Source: Candidatus Peregrinibacteria bacterium (GTDB lineage Bacteria > Patescibacteriota > Gracilibacteria > UBA1369 > LOWO2-01-FULL-3). Taken from it: 64,000 nt of DNA. A model generated the notes under the pieces. That model ran no database searches and was not told the origin of the DNA. It saw nothing but the letters and a program-made list of their open reading frames with translations. The DNA lies in the NCBI GenBank assembly GCA_026395515.1, contig JAPLYN010000005.1:111521-175520 (forward strand), read 5' to 3'. This document shows positions 44,241 through 54,260 of the stretch, piece after piece; within the stretch, counting starts at the first letter, position 1, and the number at the start of each line of letters is the position of its first letter. The position numbers and the translations under genes were made by a program.

Positions 44241-46616
44241 TTATAAATTATTTTTTACTAAGGAATTAATAGTTTCAACCTCTTCATATTCATCAATCAA
44301 AGTATACAACTTTTTCAAATGAGATAAAGAATCATTAGAGAAGGACTCAAGGTTCGAATGATTATTCTTAACTTTCAATTCTTCAACCTTCTGAGAAACA
44401 ACATGCTTCATGATCTTATCAATATTTTTATAAATTCGCACGTCAACATTCTTAATAGAGCTCTTAATTTTTTTAACCATATGCTCATCTCCATTAAACA
44501 ACAGATCAAGAATAGAAGAAACTGAATGATAGAAACCCATTTTAGCCAACGAAATAGCGCTGTACATCCTTAGATCAATGTCGTCAGAATCAAGATATTT
44601 CAAGCAAACAGATTTTTTACTCTTCATATTTAATTCACCAATGGCCAATAAACCATACATAATTCTATCCTTCTTATCTGAATAAATAAAAGAATTAATG
44701 ACGTGCAATGCTTCATCTCTATATTTTTTAAAATTCACTAGAGCCATAGCCGCATTCAACTGATAACTTAAATTTTTAGAGTAAAGATATTCCTCCAAAA
44801 TTTTTGCGATCTTATCATCATCACACTTACCTAAAGCAAAAATAGCATCTGATTTATGATCTGAATTTTTGGAATGCAAAACTTTGAACAAAAATTCTAC
44901 GGTAGAAACGTTACTCAAAAGAGACATTAAATAAATAATTTTAGCTAAAATCTGTTTATCTTTCTCCTCCTTATATAAACCCTTCAACGACTCAATTAGT
45001 TCATACTTGATAAATAAATACTCCTTAGAATAAGAATTTAAAAATTTAAATGAAATTAAAGTATCCAATGCAGCTTCACGTATTTCCGCCTTCTCAGAAC
45101 TCAAACAAGAAATAATGTCTAGCACAGTATCAGGCGACTGTAATTCTGACATAACAGCCAAAATTTTAACTTTAATTGAGGCTAATTCGTCAGACTTAGC
45201 TAATAGAGTTTTAAGAGTAGATAATGCCAATTTATGACCTCTTTGAGCTAGCAGATCAATTGCATTAAATCTAATATGCTTTTCATTGGAGTTAAGCAAT
45301 TCCTCAGTAACAACCTTTGTATATTTTTCTTGCTGTCTATAAGTAATGTAGAAAAATATCAAAGTACAAACAACCATCGCAATATTCAAAGCCAAATTCA
45401 AAGAACTTCCTTCAAATATTTTATCAAGAACAATCACGAAAAGAGTTCCAAGCAAAGCTCCCAAAGGCCTCACAACACCTTCAAGAAACTCCCTGAGATG
45501 TTCTCTTACTTTTTCTTTAACTGCGTAATAAGAAATATGATAAGTATTAGTATGAATAACTGAGGTAAGAGTGAAATTATTTTTAGCCAAAACAGCAGTC
45601 AAAAAGTCAAATCTGAAGAATAAACCAGCCAAACTAAGAAGAGTGACTAGTGGATGTAAAAGCATAGCCCCAACAACTCCAAGACTCGTAATCAAACGAC
45701 TTCCTAAAAAGATCTCAACTATCAAAGCAGAAGCACTGAAAAGAACAAACAATAACCCCAAATTGTGAATAAAAGCGTGTTCAAAGCCACTTCCAGCTTC
45801 AAAAATTACATGAGAAACATTTTGATAAACAACTTTGGTATATTGAAATTCAATAAGATTAAAGATTACCCACTGAAAAAGAACTATAAAAATTAAACCA
45901 AAAACAAAGGAAGAGTGAGACTTACTATCAAAAGCCTGCTTGAGCTGACTAAAGATTCCATCAGGTCCCTTTTCGTGATTTTTTTTATGAACCAATTCCA
46001 CTTTATCCTCATCGAAATCAAAGAATAACAGAAGTGGAATGAGTAAAAAAAGCACACTTACCATCAAATAGATAAAACTAGATAATGAGAAATAGCTAGA
46101 CAATAGAGTTACTAATAAACCAGCAACTATACCTCCCAACGTCTCAGACACCTCAATAACAGGAAAAGTTCTTTCTGAAGTAAGTGGATCAAACAATTCC
46201 TCCACATAAGCAATCATAATAATTCTCAATTGATTCAATAAAATAGAGATAGAAAGTATCAATAAAGAGAAAAATAAAATTGCGTGAGTATTTACGACCA
46301 CAGCAGCAACAAAAAGAAACAATCCAGAAAGAACAATAGTAGAAAGCATAACCGCCACCCTTGTCATTCTCTCGAAGAAAAGCGAGTAAACAACACTTCC
46401 AATAATGGAAAAAACGGCATTAATAACAAAAAGATAAGGCAAAGATAAAATTCCATACCTACTTACAAACATAGCGACTAAAACCGTCCATCCTACAACA
46501 AATGAAGTTCTATAAAGAAATTTTATAACCAAAGCAAAAATCACACGTGACCATTCATTACCCCTTATATTAAAGAAGCGGTTCAATAACGAAATTTCCC
46601 TCAAAGACTCCAACAT
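44241..46616 (-). CDS. Polytopic transporter-like N-terminus (MFS / TLC nucleotide-transporter-like, about 12 TM) fused to a C-terminal HEAT-repeat domain
   Basis: About 430 aa of TM helices, then repeated helical pairs (AIDLLAQRGHKLALSTLKTLL, EKAEIREAALDTL, DLRMYSAISLAKMG). Confidence 0.6.
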   Translation of the reverse strand: MLESLREISLLNRFFNIRGNEWSRVIFALVIKFLYRTSFVVGWTVLVAMFVSRYGILSLPYLFVINAVFSIIGSVVYSLFFERMTRVAVMLSTIVLSGLFLFVAAVVVNTHAILFFSLLILSISILLNQLRIIMIAYVEELFDPLTSERTFPVIEVSETLGGIVAGLLVTLLSSYFSLSSFIYLMVSVLFLLIPLLLFFDFDEDKVELVHKKNHEKGPDGIFSQLKQAFDSKSHSSFVFGLIFIVLFQWVIFNLIEFQYTKVVYQNVSHVIFEAGSGFEHAFIHNLGLLFVLFSASALIVEIFLGSRLITSLGVVGAMLLHPLVTLLSLAGLFFRFDFLTAVLAKNNFTLTSVIHTNTYHISYYAVKEKVREHLREFLEGVVRPLGALLGTLFVIVLDKIFEGSSLNLALNIAMVVCTLIFFYITYRQQEKYTKVVTEELLNSNEKHIRFNAIDLLAQRGHKLALSTLKTLLAKSDELASIKVKILAVMSELQSPDTVLDIISCLSSEKAEIREAALDTLISFKFLNSYSKEYLFIKYELIESLKGLYKEEKDKQILAKIIYLMSLLSNVSTVEFLFKVLHSKNSDHKSDAIFALGKCDDDKIAKILEEYLYSKNLSYQLNAAMALVNFKKYRDEALHVINSFIYSDKKDRIMYGLLAIGELNMKSKKSVCLKYLDSDDIDLRMYSAISLAKMGFYHSVSSILDLLFNGDEHMVKKIKSSIKNVDVRIYKNIDKIMKHVVSQKVEELKVKNNHSNLESFSNDSLSHLKKLYTLIDEYEEVETINSLVKNNL

Positions 46617-46641
46617 TATTTTTGTATTTATTTAACATAAT

Positions 46642-46650
46642 ATTATACCA
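46642..46650 (-). promoter_or_regulatory. Extended -10 promoter element TGGTATAAT for the transporter-HEAT operon
   Basis: The minus strand reads TGGTATAAT, 25 nt upstream of the ATG at 46616. Confidence 0.55.
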
Positions 46651-46714
46651 TAAAATAAGATCAGGAACAAGCGTATGACTCGAACAAATTAGAAAATTAA
46701 TATAGAATAATTAC

Positions 46715-48289
46715 ATGTTCGCAAAACTATTCAAACCGGTAAAAATTGGAGGAGCAACCCTTTTGGTAACAATAACCATCCTTTTTAGTAATTTACTCGG
46801 CTTATTAAGAGATAGAATCATCGCAACCCACTTTGGTACAAGTAGCGCAACAGATGTATACAACGCATCTTTTCTGATTCCAGATACATTATTCAATTTA
46901 TTCATAGCTGGAGCACTAGCAGCAGCCTTTGTGCCTGTTTTCACTGAATACCTAGGAAAAGACAAGGAAGAAGCTAGGAAAATAGCCAATACGCTACTAA
47001 ATGCCGCAATATTAGTAATTGGAATTTTATCAATAGTTGCGCTGATATTTATGAATCAAATTATTAGCGTAACATTTCCACAAGCAACTCCAGAAATGCA
47101 AATTCAGATCGCAAGTATGACTAGATTAATGCTTAGCTCATCTCTAATTTTCACTATAAGTAATAGTATAGGAAATATACTTATGTGCTATAAACACTTC
47201 TTTGCATATTCAGTTTCACCATTACTGTATAATCTCGGAATAATCCTCGGAGTTATTTTTCTCCAAGAAAAGATCGGCATTTATTCAGCAGTAGTTGGAG
47301 TAATAGGTGGAGGAATATTACACTGCGCTATTAGACTAGTAGACATCAGATCCACAGAATATAAATATAAATTCGAAATGGATTTAAAACATCCAGGATT
47401 TATAAAAATTATTAAATTAATGATTCCAAGAGCGATAGGAATCATCGCAACACAATTCAACATATTCCTTTTTACTTCGATAGGAATAGGATTAGCTGTA
47501 GGAGGAGTTGCAGCATTTAATTTTGCGAGAAATATCCAAAGCGTAGCTGTAACACTTTTTGGAATGGCTTTTTCTACAGCAATTTTTCCATACCTCACAA
47601 GTTCAATAAGTAAGGGAGACAAAACAGAATTTACAGATCAAGTACAAAAAACAATTCAAAGAATATTATTTTTCACTATTCCTTCAATGGTTGGAATTAT
47701 GCTGTTGTCGCAAACAAGTATTGAACTAATTTTGAGTGGTGGAGCATTCAACCAAAAATCTATAAATTTAACTTCTCTCATATTATTTTATTTTGCAATT
47801 TCTATTCCTCTCGAAAGTCTTTCACATATTCTTTCAAGAGCCTTTTACGCCGCAAAAGACACTAAAACTCCAATGTTCATATACCTAGGAACAACAATAA
47901 TAACAGCCTTTTGTACAATCTACCTTGCGCCAAAATATGGCATAGAGTGGTTCTCAATTGGATTCACATTAGGGTATTTATTCTACGTAATAGCAAATAC
48001 GATTTTATTAAAAAAACATCTACACGGATTTCAAAAGAAAAAGTTCTTCACTAGCTTGCTAAAAATAACAATTTCTTCAGGAATTATGGCAATTGCAATT
48101 TTAGTTGCTGAACCATTGAAAAACATTCTTTCACCAAAAATTGCCGATGCCTCAATAATAACAATAGGTGCAGCAATATTTTTTGTAGCCTCCTACTTAC
48201 TAAAATGTGAAGAAATAGGCAGCATCAACTTCATCTTGGCCAAATTAACAAAGAAGCCAATTGAAAGCGTAGATATTAGTAAAAATTAA
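46715..48289 (+). CDS. murJ: Lipid II flippase MurJ (MviN)
   Basis: LGLLRDRIIATHFGTSSATDVYNASFLIPDTLFNLFIAGALAAAFVPVF and 14 TM helices. TAGAAT (46703-46708) lies 6 nt before the ATG, which suggests a leaderless mRNA. Confidence 0.9.
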   Translation: MFAKLFKPVKIGGATLLVTITILFSNLLGLLRDRIIATHFGTSSATDVYNASFLIPDTLFNLFIAGALAAAFVPVFTEYLGKDKEEARKIANTLLNAAILVIGILSIVALIFMNQIISVTFPQATPEMQIQIASMTRLMLSSSLIFTISNSIGNILMCYKHFFAYSVSPLLYNLGIILGVIFLQEKIGIYSAVVGVIGGGILHCAIRLVDIRSTEYKYKFEMDLKHPGFIKIIKLMIPRAIGIIATQFNIFLFTSIGIGLAVGGVAAFNFARNIQSVAVTLFGMAFSTAIFPYLTSSISKGDKTEFTDQVQKTIQRILFFTIPSMVGIMLLSQTSIELILSGGAFNQKSINLTSLILFYFAISIPLESLSHILSRAFYAAKDTKTPMFIYLGTTIITAFCTIYLAPKYGIEWFSIGFTLGYLFYVIANTILLKKHLHGFQKKKFFTSLLKITISSGIMAIAILVAEPLKNILSPKIADASIITIGAAIFFVASYLLKCEEIGSINFILAKLTKKPIESVDISKN

Positions 48290-49418
48290 TCAGACCTTCG
48301 TACTTCAAATCTCCATCCAAAATATCGAATTTAGACTTAACAACATCAATTGAATCAGATATTTTTGCTATACCAGCTCCGCCTATAATAGATAGAGAAT
48401 GCGTTCCACCAACTAACTTAGGAGCATAATAAAACAAAACTCTATCAACAAGTTTAGAGTCAGACAAATTCTCATCAAAGAGAGATCCATTTATTCCACT
48501 TCCTCCCTCAACAAAAACACTTTGAATACCATTTGAAGCCAAATACTTCAAAAGCTTTTTAAAAACTACTTTTGATTTACCAAAAGACTTAACAGAAACA
48601 GAAGCATCAATAAGTTTCTTTTTCAAACGAAGAGAAATATTATCAGAACAAGCAATTAATACATTCTCATCCCTGAAAATTTTCATATCCTTTTTGAAAT
48701 CCAATTTATCACCAACAATAACTCTCAAAATATTTTTAGACTTATATTCACCAATTGTCGCCAACTCTGGATTATCATTCATAACAGTACTAGCACCGAT
48801 AATCACGGCATCACACTTGCTACGTTCAAGCTTCGCATCTAGACGGGATTTTTCGCATGTAATCCATCTAGAATCCTTAGTAAAAGTAGCAATTTTACCA
48901 TCCAAGCTTAATCCGGCTTTTAGAGTCAAATAGGGAAGTCCTAATGTCACATTCTTAATAAAAGGCTGATTAATAGATCTAACTTCCTCAGCCAATTTAG
49001 AAGTAGGTTTTAAAACAGAAACTTTAATTCCATGTTTTTTCAAATACGAAATACCTTTACCATTTACTTTCTGAAATGGATCCTTCATTCCTATAACAAC
49101 TTTACTAAAACCAGCAGTAGCCACCGCTTTAACACAAGGAGGCGTTTTTCCGGTATGAGCACATGGTTCTAGAGTCACATACAAAGTCGCATTATGAAAC
49201 AACATAGGCTCAATATCCACCGTCATGATTCCAGATTTTTGCATCATCTGCTTAATTGCCATGATCTCAGCATGATCTGCTCCAGCTTTCTCGTGCCATC
49301 CTTCAGCAACTATCTGGCCACCTTTAACAATAACAGCACCAACACATGGATTTGGTGATGTAAAACCCTCTCTTTTCTTAGCAAGCTCAATAGCTCGCCT
49401 CATAAAAACTTCATCCAT
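48276..49418 (-). CDS. ribD: Bifunctional riboflavin biosynthesis deaminase/reductase
   Basis: The sequences HAEIMAI and TLEPCAHTGKTPPC (deaminase), plus a C-terminal reductase domain. Confidence 0.9.
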   Translation of the reverse strand: MDEVFMRRAIELAKKREGFTSPNPCVGAVIVKGGQIVAEGWHEKAGADHAEIMAIKQMMQKSGIMTVDIEPMLFHNATLYVTLEPCAHTGKTPPCVKAVATAGFSKVVIGMKDPFQKVNGKGISYLKKHGIKVSVLKPTSKLAEEVRSINQPFIKNVTLGLPYLTLKAGLSLDGKIATFTKDSRWITCEKSRLDAKLERSKCDAVIIGASTVMNDNPELATIGEYKSKNILRVIVGDKLDFKKDMKIFRDENVLIACSDNISLRLKKKLIDASVSVKSFGKSKVVFKKLLKYLASNGIQSVFVEGGSGINGSLFDENLSDSKLVDRVLFYYAPKLVGGTHSLSIIGGAGIAKISDSIDVVKSKFDILDGDLKYEGLINFY

Positions 49419-49480
49419 AGCATTTTTTAATACTTAACAGATGGATAAACTAACATAAAGCAAACACATCGTCAATAAGT

Positions 49481-50686
49481 CTAAACCATATCTAAGAGAT
49501 GTCCCATCTTAGATTTCTTAGTACTCAAATATTCACGATTAGTATCGTTCGGAGTAATTTCAATTTGAACTCTCTCTACTACATTCAATCCATAACCTTC
49601 AAGACCAACAATTTTAGTAGGATTATTAGTCAACAAACGAATATTTTTTATACCAAGTTCCGCCAAAATCTGAGCGCCAATTCCATAATTTCTCAAGTCA
49701 GGTGCAAAACCAAGTTTAGTATTAGCCTCAACAGTATCATATCCTTCATTTTGCAACTTATAAGCCTTAATTTTATTCACCAAACCAATACCTCTTCCTT
49801 CTTGCCTCATATATAAAACTGCACCTTTTCCTTCTTTCGCAATTTTTTCTAACGAAACATCTAATTGATTCCTACAATCACACTTCAATGATCTAAAAAC
49901 TTCACCAGTAAGACATTCACTTTGAACTCTTACTAATATATTTTCACCATCATCCAAAACCCCTTTAGACAGAACTACATGCTCAGAGTCATCAACAGTA
50001 GTCTTAAAAATCTTTACATTAAAATCTCCAAACTCAGTAGGCAGTACCGTTTCAGCAACTATTTTTACCAATTTCTCAAAACGACGTCTGTACTCAATTA
50101 AATCCTTAATTGTAATAATTTTCATTTCATTTTTTTTCGCAAAATCCAAAAGTTCATCACGTCTCATCATTTCACCATCTTCACGAGCAATCTCACAAAT
50201 TACAGCAGCTGGAGCAAAACCAGCCATCTTCACCAAATCAATAGAAGCCTCAGTATGACCAGCTCTAACTAAAACTCCACCTTGTTTAGCACGAAGAGGG
50301 AATACATGCCCAGGACGCACAAAAAGATCGGAGGTAGTACTATAATCAGCAATTGATTGAATAGTTTTTGCTCTATCTGAAGCAGAAATACCAGTAGTAA
50401 TACCAGACTTCAAATCCACAGAAACAGTAAAATTACATTTATTAGATTCCTTACTATCCTGAACCATAGGATAGAAATTCAAACGATCAGCAATATCCGC
50501 ATCAACAGGAGTACAAATCAAACCACGGCCTTCCTTAGCCATGAAATTTATATCTTTTGCAGTAACCTTTTCAGCAGCCATCACAAAATCACCTTCATTC
50601 TCGCGTTCCTCATCATCGAGAACTATAACCATTTCACCCTTTTTCAAGGCAATAACAGCATCCTCAATTTTATCAAAGTGAGTCAT
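49481..50686 (-). CDS. ribBA: Bifunctional DHBP synthase / GTP cyclohydrolase II
   Basis: [20 protein letters not shown] (RibB half); [21 protein letters not shown] (RibA half). Confidence 0.9.
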   Translation of the reverse strand: MTHFDKIEDAVIALKKGEMVIVLDDEERENEGDFVMAAEKVTAKDINFMAKEGRGLICTPVDADIADRLNFYPMVQDSKESNKCNFTVSVDLKSGITTGISASDRAKTIQSIADYSTTSDLFVRPGHVFPLRAKQGGVLVRAGHTEASIDLVKMAGFAPAAVICEIAREDGEMMRRDELLDFAKKNEMKIITIKDLIEYRRRFEKLVKIVAETVLPTEFGDFNVKIFKTTVDDSEHVVLSKGVLDDGENILVRVQSECLTGEVFRSLKCDCRNQLDVSLEKIAKEGKGAVLYMRQEGRGIGLVNKIKAYKLQNEGYDTVEANTKLGFAPDLRNYGIGAQILAELGIKNIRLLTNNPTKIVGLEGYGLNVVERVQIEITPNDTNREYLSTKKSKMGHLLDMV

Positions 50687-50715
50687 ATAAAAATTGCTAG
50701 ATACAGATTATGCCA

Positions 50716-51489
50716 CTAAACCGTAAAACGCACAAATATCTTTACAGTAGCACCAGCATCTTTCAATAACTGTTCTACAGTCTGGTCAGGATTCTTAACA
50801 AATGATTGCTTCAATAAAGCATTCTCTTCTCTGTATTTCTTTTCCTTACCAAGCATAATTTTTTCAACGATCTCAGCAGGTTTTCCTTCTGATTTCAATT
50901 GTTCAGACCAAATTGATTTTTCACGTTCAACCAATTCAGGAGCAATTTCTTCTGGAGATAAAACAGCAGGATTTGTAGCAGCAACATGCATTGCAACGTC
51001 ACGTGCCAATTCAACAGTTCCACCAGCTAAAACAACCAATACACCAATCTTCTTATTTGAATGTACATAATCACCAATGACATCACCTTCAACCAAAACC
51101 ATATTAGACAACTGAATATTTTCACCTAATCTCAAAACAGCATCCTTAACTTCAGCCAAATCTCTATCATCAGCCTTAATAGTATCATTCAACAATTTTT
51201 CAACGATCGAAGAACCTAAAGTCAAATAATCATCACCACGAGCCACGAAATCAGTTTCACAACCAAGCAAAACCATACCAGCTTTTTTACCAACAACTTT
51301 TACGAATACAGCTCCTTGTGAAGTACCACGAGCAGCTCGGTCCACAGCTTTTGCTTCACCTTTTTTTCTAAGTACATCAATAGCAGTTTCAAAATCACCA
51401 TTAGTTTCTTCTAAAGCAGATTTACAAGCAGTCATAGAAACACCAGTAGCATCACGTAATTTTTTGATCAATTCGATTGAAGCAGTCAT
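50716..51489 (-). CDS. tsf: Elongation factor Ts
   Basis: LIKKLRDATGVSMTACKSALEETNGDFETAIDVLRKKG (UBA-like N-terminus); downstream of rpsB. Confidence 0.9.
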   Translation of the reverse strand: MTASIELIKKLRDATGVSMTACKSALEETNGDFETAIDVLRKKGEAKAVDRAARGTSQGAVFVKVVGKKAGMVLLGCETDFVARGDDYLTLGSSIVEKLLNDTIKADDRDLAEVKDAVLRLGENIQLSNMVLVEGDVIGDYVHSNKKIGVLVVLAGGTVELARDVAMHVAATNPAVLSPEEIAPELVEREKSIWSEQLKSEGKPAEIVEKIMLGKEKKYREENALLKQSFVKNPDQTVEQLLKDAGATVKIFVRFTV

Positions 51490-51509
51490 AATATTAATTT
51501 AAAAAATAA

Positions 51510-51977
51510 TTAGGGTTTCGGAGTTTCAACAGGTTTAACTGGAGAAACAGGAGCAGTAGGAGTAACAACAGGAGCAGGTTTATCCAAAGTCTTTCCTGTT
51601 AACATTTTAAAAATATAATCTTCAGGGATTTTAGCCGCAAAGCCTGCAATTATTGGAATCTCGGTAGTCTTACCTCCGTATGCGATTACCATACCAGAAA
51701 CATGAAGCAACAAAACTACACCCCAAAGCATTAAACTCAAAATTGGACTAAATACAGCCACAACTATAGTAAAAAACCATAAGAAAAATAAAATTAGTCC
51801 TTGGCGAGCATGAAACAAACAAAACTTACTACTTACCATCTTTATTGAACACAAAACGCATGTGACAATATTAAAGACTGGTATATAGCAACTAATTGCC
51901 CAACCTTTATCACCAGTCAAAGCGACAATCTTCGCCTGAATATCGGCAACAGGGTTTTGATTTGATGAATCAGCCAT
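51510..51977 (-). CDS. Small multi-pass membrane protein with Pro-rich C-terminal tail
   Basis: Three or four hydrophobic helices and the tail DKPAPVVTPTAPVSPVKPVETPKP. The family is uncertain (DUF4870-like). Confidence 0.5.
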   Translation of the reverse strand: MADSSNQNPVADIQAKIVALTGDKGWAISCYIPVFNIVTCVLCSIKMVSSKFCLFHARQGLILFFLWFFTIVVAVFSPILSLMLWGVVLLLHVSGMVIAYGGKTTEIPIIAGFAAKIPEDYIFKMLTGKTLDKPAPVVTPTAPVSPVKPVETPKP

Positions 51978-51979
51978 TA

Positions 51980-52663
51980 CTATTTATTTTTAGCCTTTTT
52001 ATAGACTCCCTTAATAGTATCTAAGAAGTAAGTCAAAGACTTAATAGCATCGTCGTTACCAGGGATTGGATAAGCGAGACCAGAAGGATCAGCATTAGTA
52101 TCAACAATTCCCACTACAGGAATTTTCATTCTTCTAGCTTCTTTAACTACGATTTTATCTCTTAAAGCATCTACCACGAAAACTACATCTGGCTTAGAAG
52201 TCATATTCTGTACACCTCCTAAAGCAATCTGCAATTTATCCATAATTTTCTTCATCTTTGAAACTTCCTTTTTTGTATATTTAGAAATTTCACCAGTTTC
52301 TACCTGACGTTTTAAATCAGCAAGATACTTAGTACGTGACTTAATAGTAGTAAAGTTAGTAAGCAAACCTGGAATCCATTTTGATACTACGTATGGCATA
52401 GAACAATCTTTTGCCAATTCTTCTAGTAACTTAACAGACTGAGGTTTTGTACTAACAAAAAGTACAGTTTTATTCTCAGCAAAAGACTTAGACAAAAAAG
52501 CCAAAGCCTTCTCTAGCATCTCGTAGGTTTTCTCGAGATTAATGATATGAATTCCATTTCTCTCGCCATGAATGTATTTCTTCATGCGTGGATTCCATTT
52601 TTGTGTGCGATGTCCGATATGCACTGCATTCTCAAACATCTTTTTGATTTCTTCTTTTTGCAT
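51980..52663 (-). CDS. rpsB: 30S ribosomal protein S2
   Basis: FENAVHIGHRTQKWNPRMKKYIHGERNGIHIINL, with VDTNADP near the C-terminus. Confidence 0.95.
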   Translation of the reverse strand: MQKEEIKKMFENAVHIGHRTQKWNPRMKKYIHGERNGIHIINLEKTYEMLEKALAFLSKSFAENKTVLFVSTKPQSVKLLEELAKDCSMPYVVSKWIPGLLTNFTTIKSRTKYLADLKRQVETGEISKYTKKEVSKMKKIMDKLQIALGGVQNMTSKPDVVFVVDALRDKIVVKEARRMKIPVVGIVDTNADPSGLAYPIPGNDDAIKSLTYFLDTIKGVYKKAKNK

Positions 52664-52781
52664 AATCCTTGGGGTTTACGCCAGTAAGTCATTAATTTGC
52701 GTTTAGCCATGCCAGTTAAGGTAGGAGGATTCCGCAAGCTGAAATACCGACTTGATATAAAAAAATAACAGCGTTAATCTA

Positions 52782-53096
52782 ATGAAAAGAAAGCTTAATT
52801 GCAAGCCTAAAACACAAATTATGCACAAATTGGAAAAAATCAGAAAACAATTAGATAAACTAGATGATCACCTTTCTAAACTTCTTCAAAAGAGGGCAAA
52901 ACTGGTAATTGAAGTAAAAAAGATCAAAAAAGAAGGAAAACTAAAGATAAAAGACCCAAAAAGAGAGGAATTTATCCTAAGTAAAATGAATAGTGAATTC
53001 GAAGTGCAAATATTCAAAAAAATATTAACTGAATCCCGCAAACTTCAAACCTCAAATAGGCCTAAGGCACACTTGCAAAAACCACCCAAAATGTGA
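52782..53096 (+). CDS. Small AroQ-type chorismate mutase-like protein
   Basis: LEKIRKQLDKLDDHLSKLLQKRAKLVIEVKKIK...KDPKREEFILSKM...IFKKILTESRKLQ fits the CM_2 helical pattern. Alternative ATG at 52821. Confidence 0.55.
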   Translation: MKRKLNCKPKTQIMHKLEKIRKQLDKLDDHLSKLLQKRAKLVIEVKKIKKEGKLKIKDPKREEFILSKMNSEFEVQIFKKILTESRKLQTSNRPKAHLQKPPKM

Positions 53097-53124
53097 TACA
53101 ATATAACAAGCTAAAACAAAAAAA

Positions 53125-53652
53125 ATGAATTTAAATTCAAATCAAAACACAGATACAAAGATTACAATCACTATGCCAACAAATGCTTACTTCATGTCTG
53201 GCATTAGAGATTTTACGCTGAATATGATTAAGAATACCACTAACTTCACAGAACAGTGGGCTTTTAGATTTCAGTCTGTAGTTGATGAATTATGCAATAA
53301 CGCTATCGAATATGGCTCACAACCAGGAAGCGAAATTGGTATTACATTCTTATACGCAAAAGATAACTACCTCGACATCATCGTAGAAGACACCGGAACA
53401 GGAAAAAATAAGATTAAATCACAAGACTTACAAAAATTATACAATTCTAGAAAAGAAGTTGGATACGTATTTAGCGGAATAAGAGGAAGAGGACTTGTAA
53501 AAATAGTAGGTGAATGGAGTGATGAATTAACTTTTAGTGACCGTCCAGAAGGAGGTATGTCAGTTACAGTTAGAAAATATCTAAAAAACGTTAGACAACC
53601 AACAGCAGGATCTCCTATTAGCACTGCAAATACATTAGTACTTAACATTTAA
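53125..53652 (+). CDS. Anti-sigma-factor-type serine kinase (SpoIIAB/RsbW-like, HATPase_c_2)
   Basis: N-box ELCNNAIEYG, G1 box IIVEDTGTG, and G2-like GIRGRGL. Confidence 0.75.
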   Translation: MNLNSNQNTDTKITITMPTNAYFMSGIRDFTLNMIKNTTNFTEQWAFRFQSVVDELCNNAIEYGSQPGSEIGITFLYAKDNYLDIIVEDTGTGKNKIKSQDLQKLYNSRKEVGYVFSGIRGRGLVKIVGEWSDELTFSDRPEGGMSVTVRKYLKNVRQPTAGSPISTANTLVLNI

Positions 53653-53657
53653 TAAAA

Positions 53658-54239
53658 ATGACTGAAGCAAATATCGTAATCGAAGACATAGCCGGATTAA
53701 ACAAAGTAGTTAAACATGTTCATATATCAGGACAACTAGACGAGAGCAATGTTGATGAAAAAATTCAGGCAATTTATAAAATCTTTGAGACAACTCCAAA
53801 AGGAGTAAATATAATTTTTGATCTAGAGAATCTAGACTATATGAATAGTAAATCAATTGGTTATTTAACTGATTTATATGGAAAAGTTACCGAAAGTGGT
53901 GGAACAGTAGCCATCGCTAAACCAAAACCAAATATCACGGACATCCTACAGGTTGTAGGATTAACACAATTAATAAAAACATTCGATTCAATAGAAGAAG
54001 CTAAAAAGTATATCAGCGATAGTGCCACTGTTCCAGTAGTCGCTCCAGCACCAGCTGCTCCGGCTCCAGTAACCACTCCTGCACCAGTAGCAGTTGAAAC
54101 ACCAGTTGTTCCCGCTCCAGCTCCAGCCATAAGCGTTGCGCCAGCTATCGTTGAAACTCCTGCTGCACCAGCACCAACTGCTCCAGCTCCGAGCGTAACA
54201 ACAACACCAGCTGCCGTAACACCAGCGCAGAATCAATAA
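53658..54239 (+). CDS. STAS-domain antagonist with a ~70-aa Pro/Ala/Val-rich C-terminal tail
   Basis: LDYMNSKSIGYLTDL (STAS Ser context), then PVVAPAPAAPAPVTTPAPVAVETPVVPAPAPA... Confidence 0.75.
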   Translation: MTEANIVIEDIAGLNKVVKHVHISGQLDESNVDEKIQAIYKIFETTPKGVNIIFDLENLDYMNSKSIGYLTDLYGKVTESGGTVAIAKPKPNITDILQVVGLTQLIKTFDSIEEAKKYISDSATVPVVAPAPAAPAPVTTPAPVAVETPVVPAPAPAISVAPAIVETPAAPAPTAPAPSVTTTPAAVTPAQNQ

Positions 54240-54260
54240 TAAAGAGCTAATGAGCCCAAA

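Noticed and set aside
50687-50715. An expected FMN riboswitch upstream of ribBA/ribD.
   Set aside because: The tsf-ribBA gap is only 29 nt. There is no room for, and no trace of, an FMN element. The rib genes appear to be co-transcribed with rpsB-tsf.
52664-52731. A possible SD-sequestering helix in the rpsB leader, with AATCCT pairing to AGGATT next to the start codon.
   Set aside because: The complementarity is only 6 bp and does not extend. This is insufficient to call an S2 autoregulatory structure.
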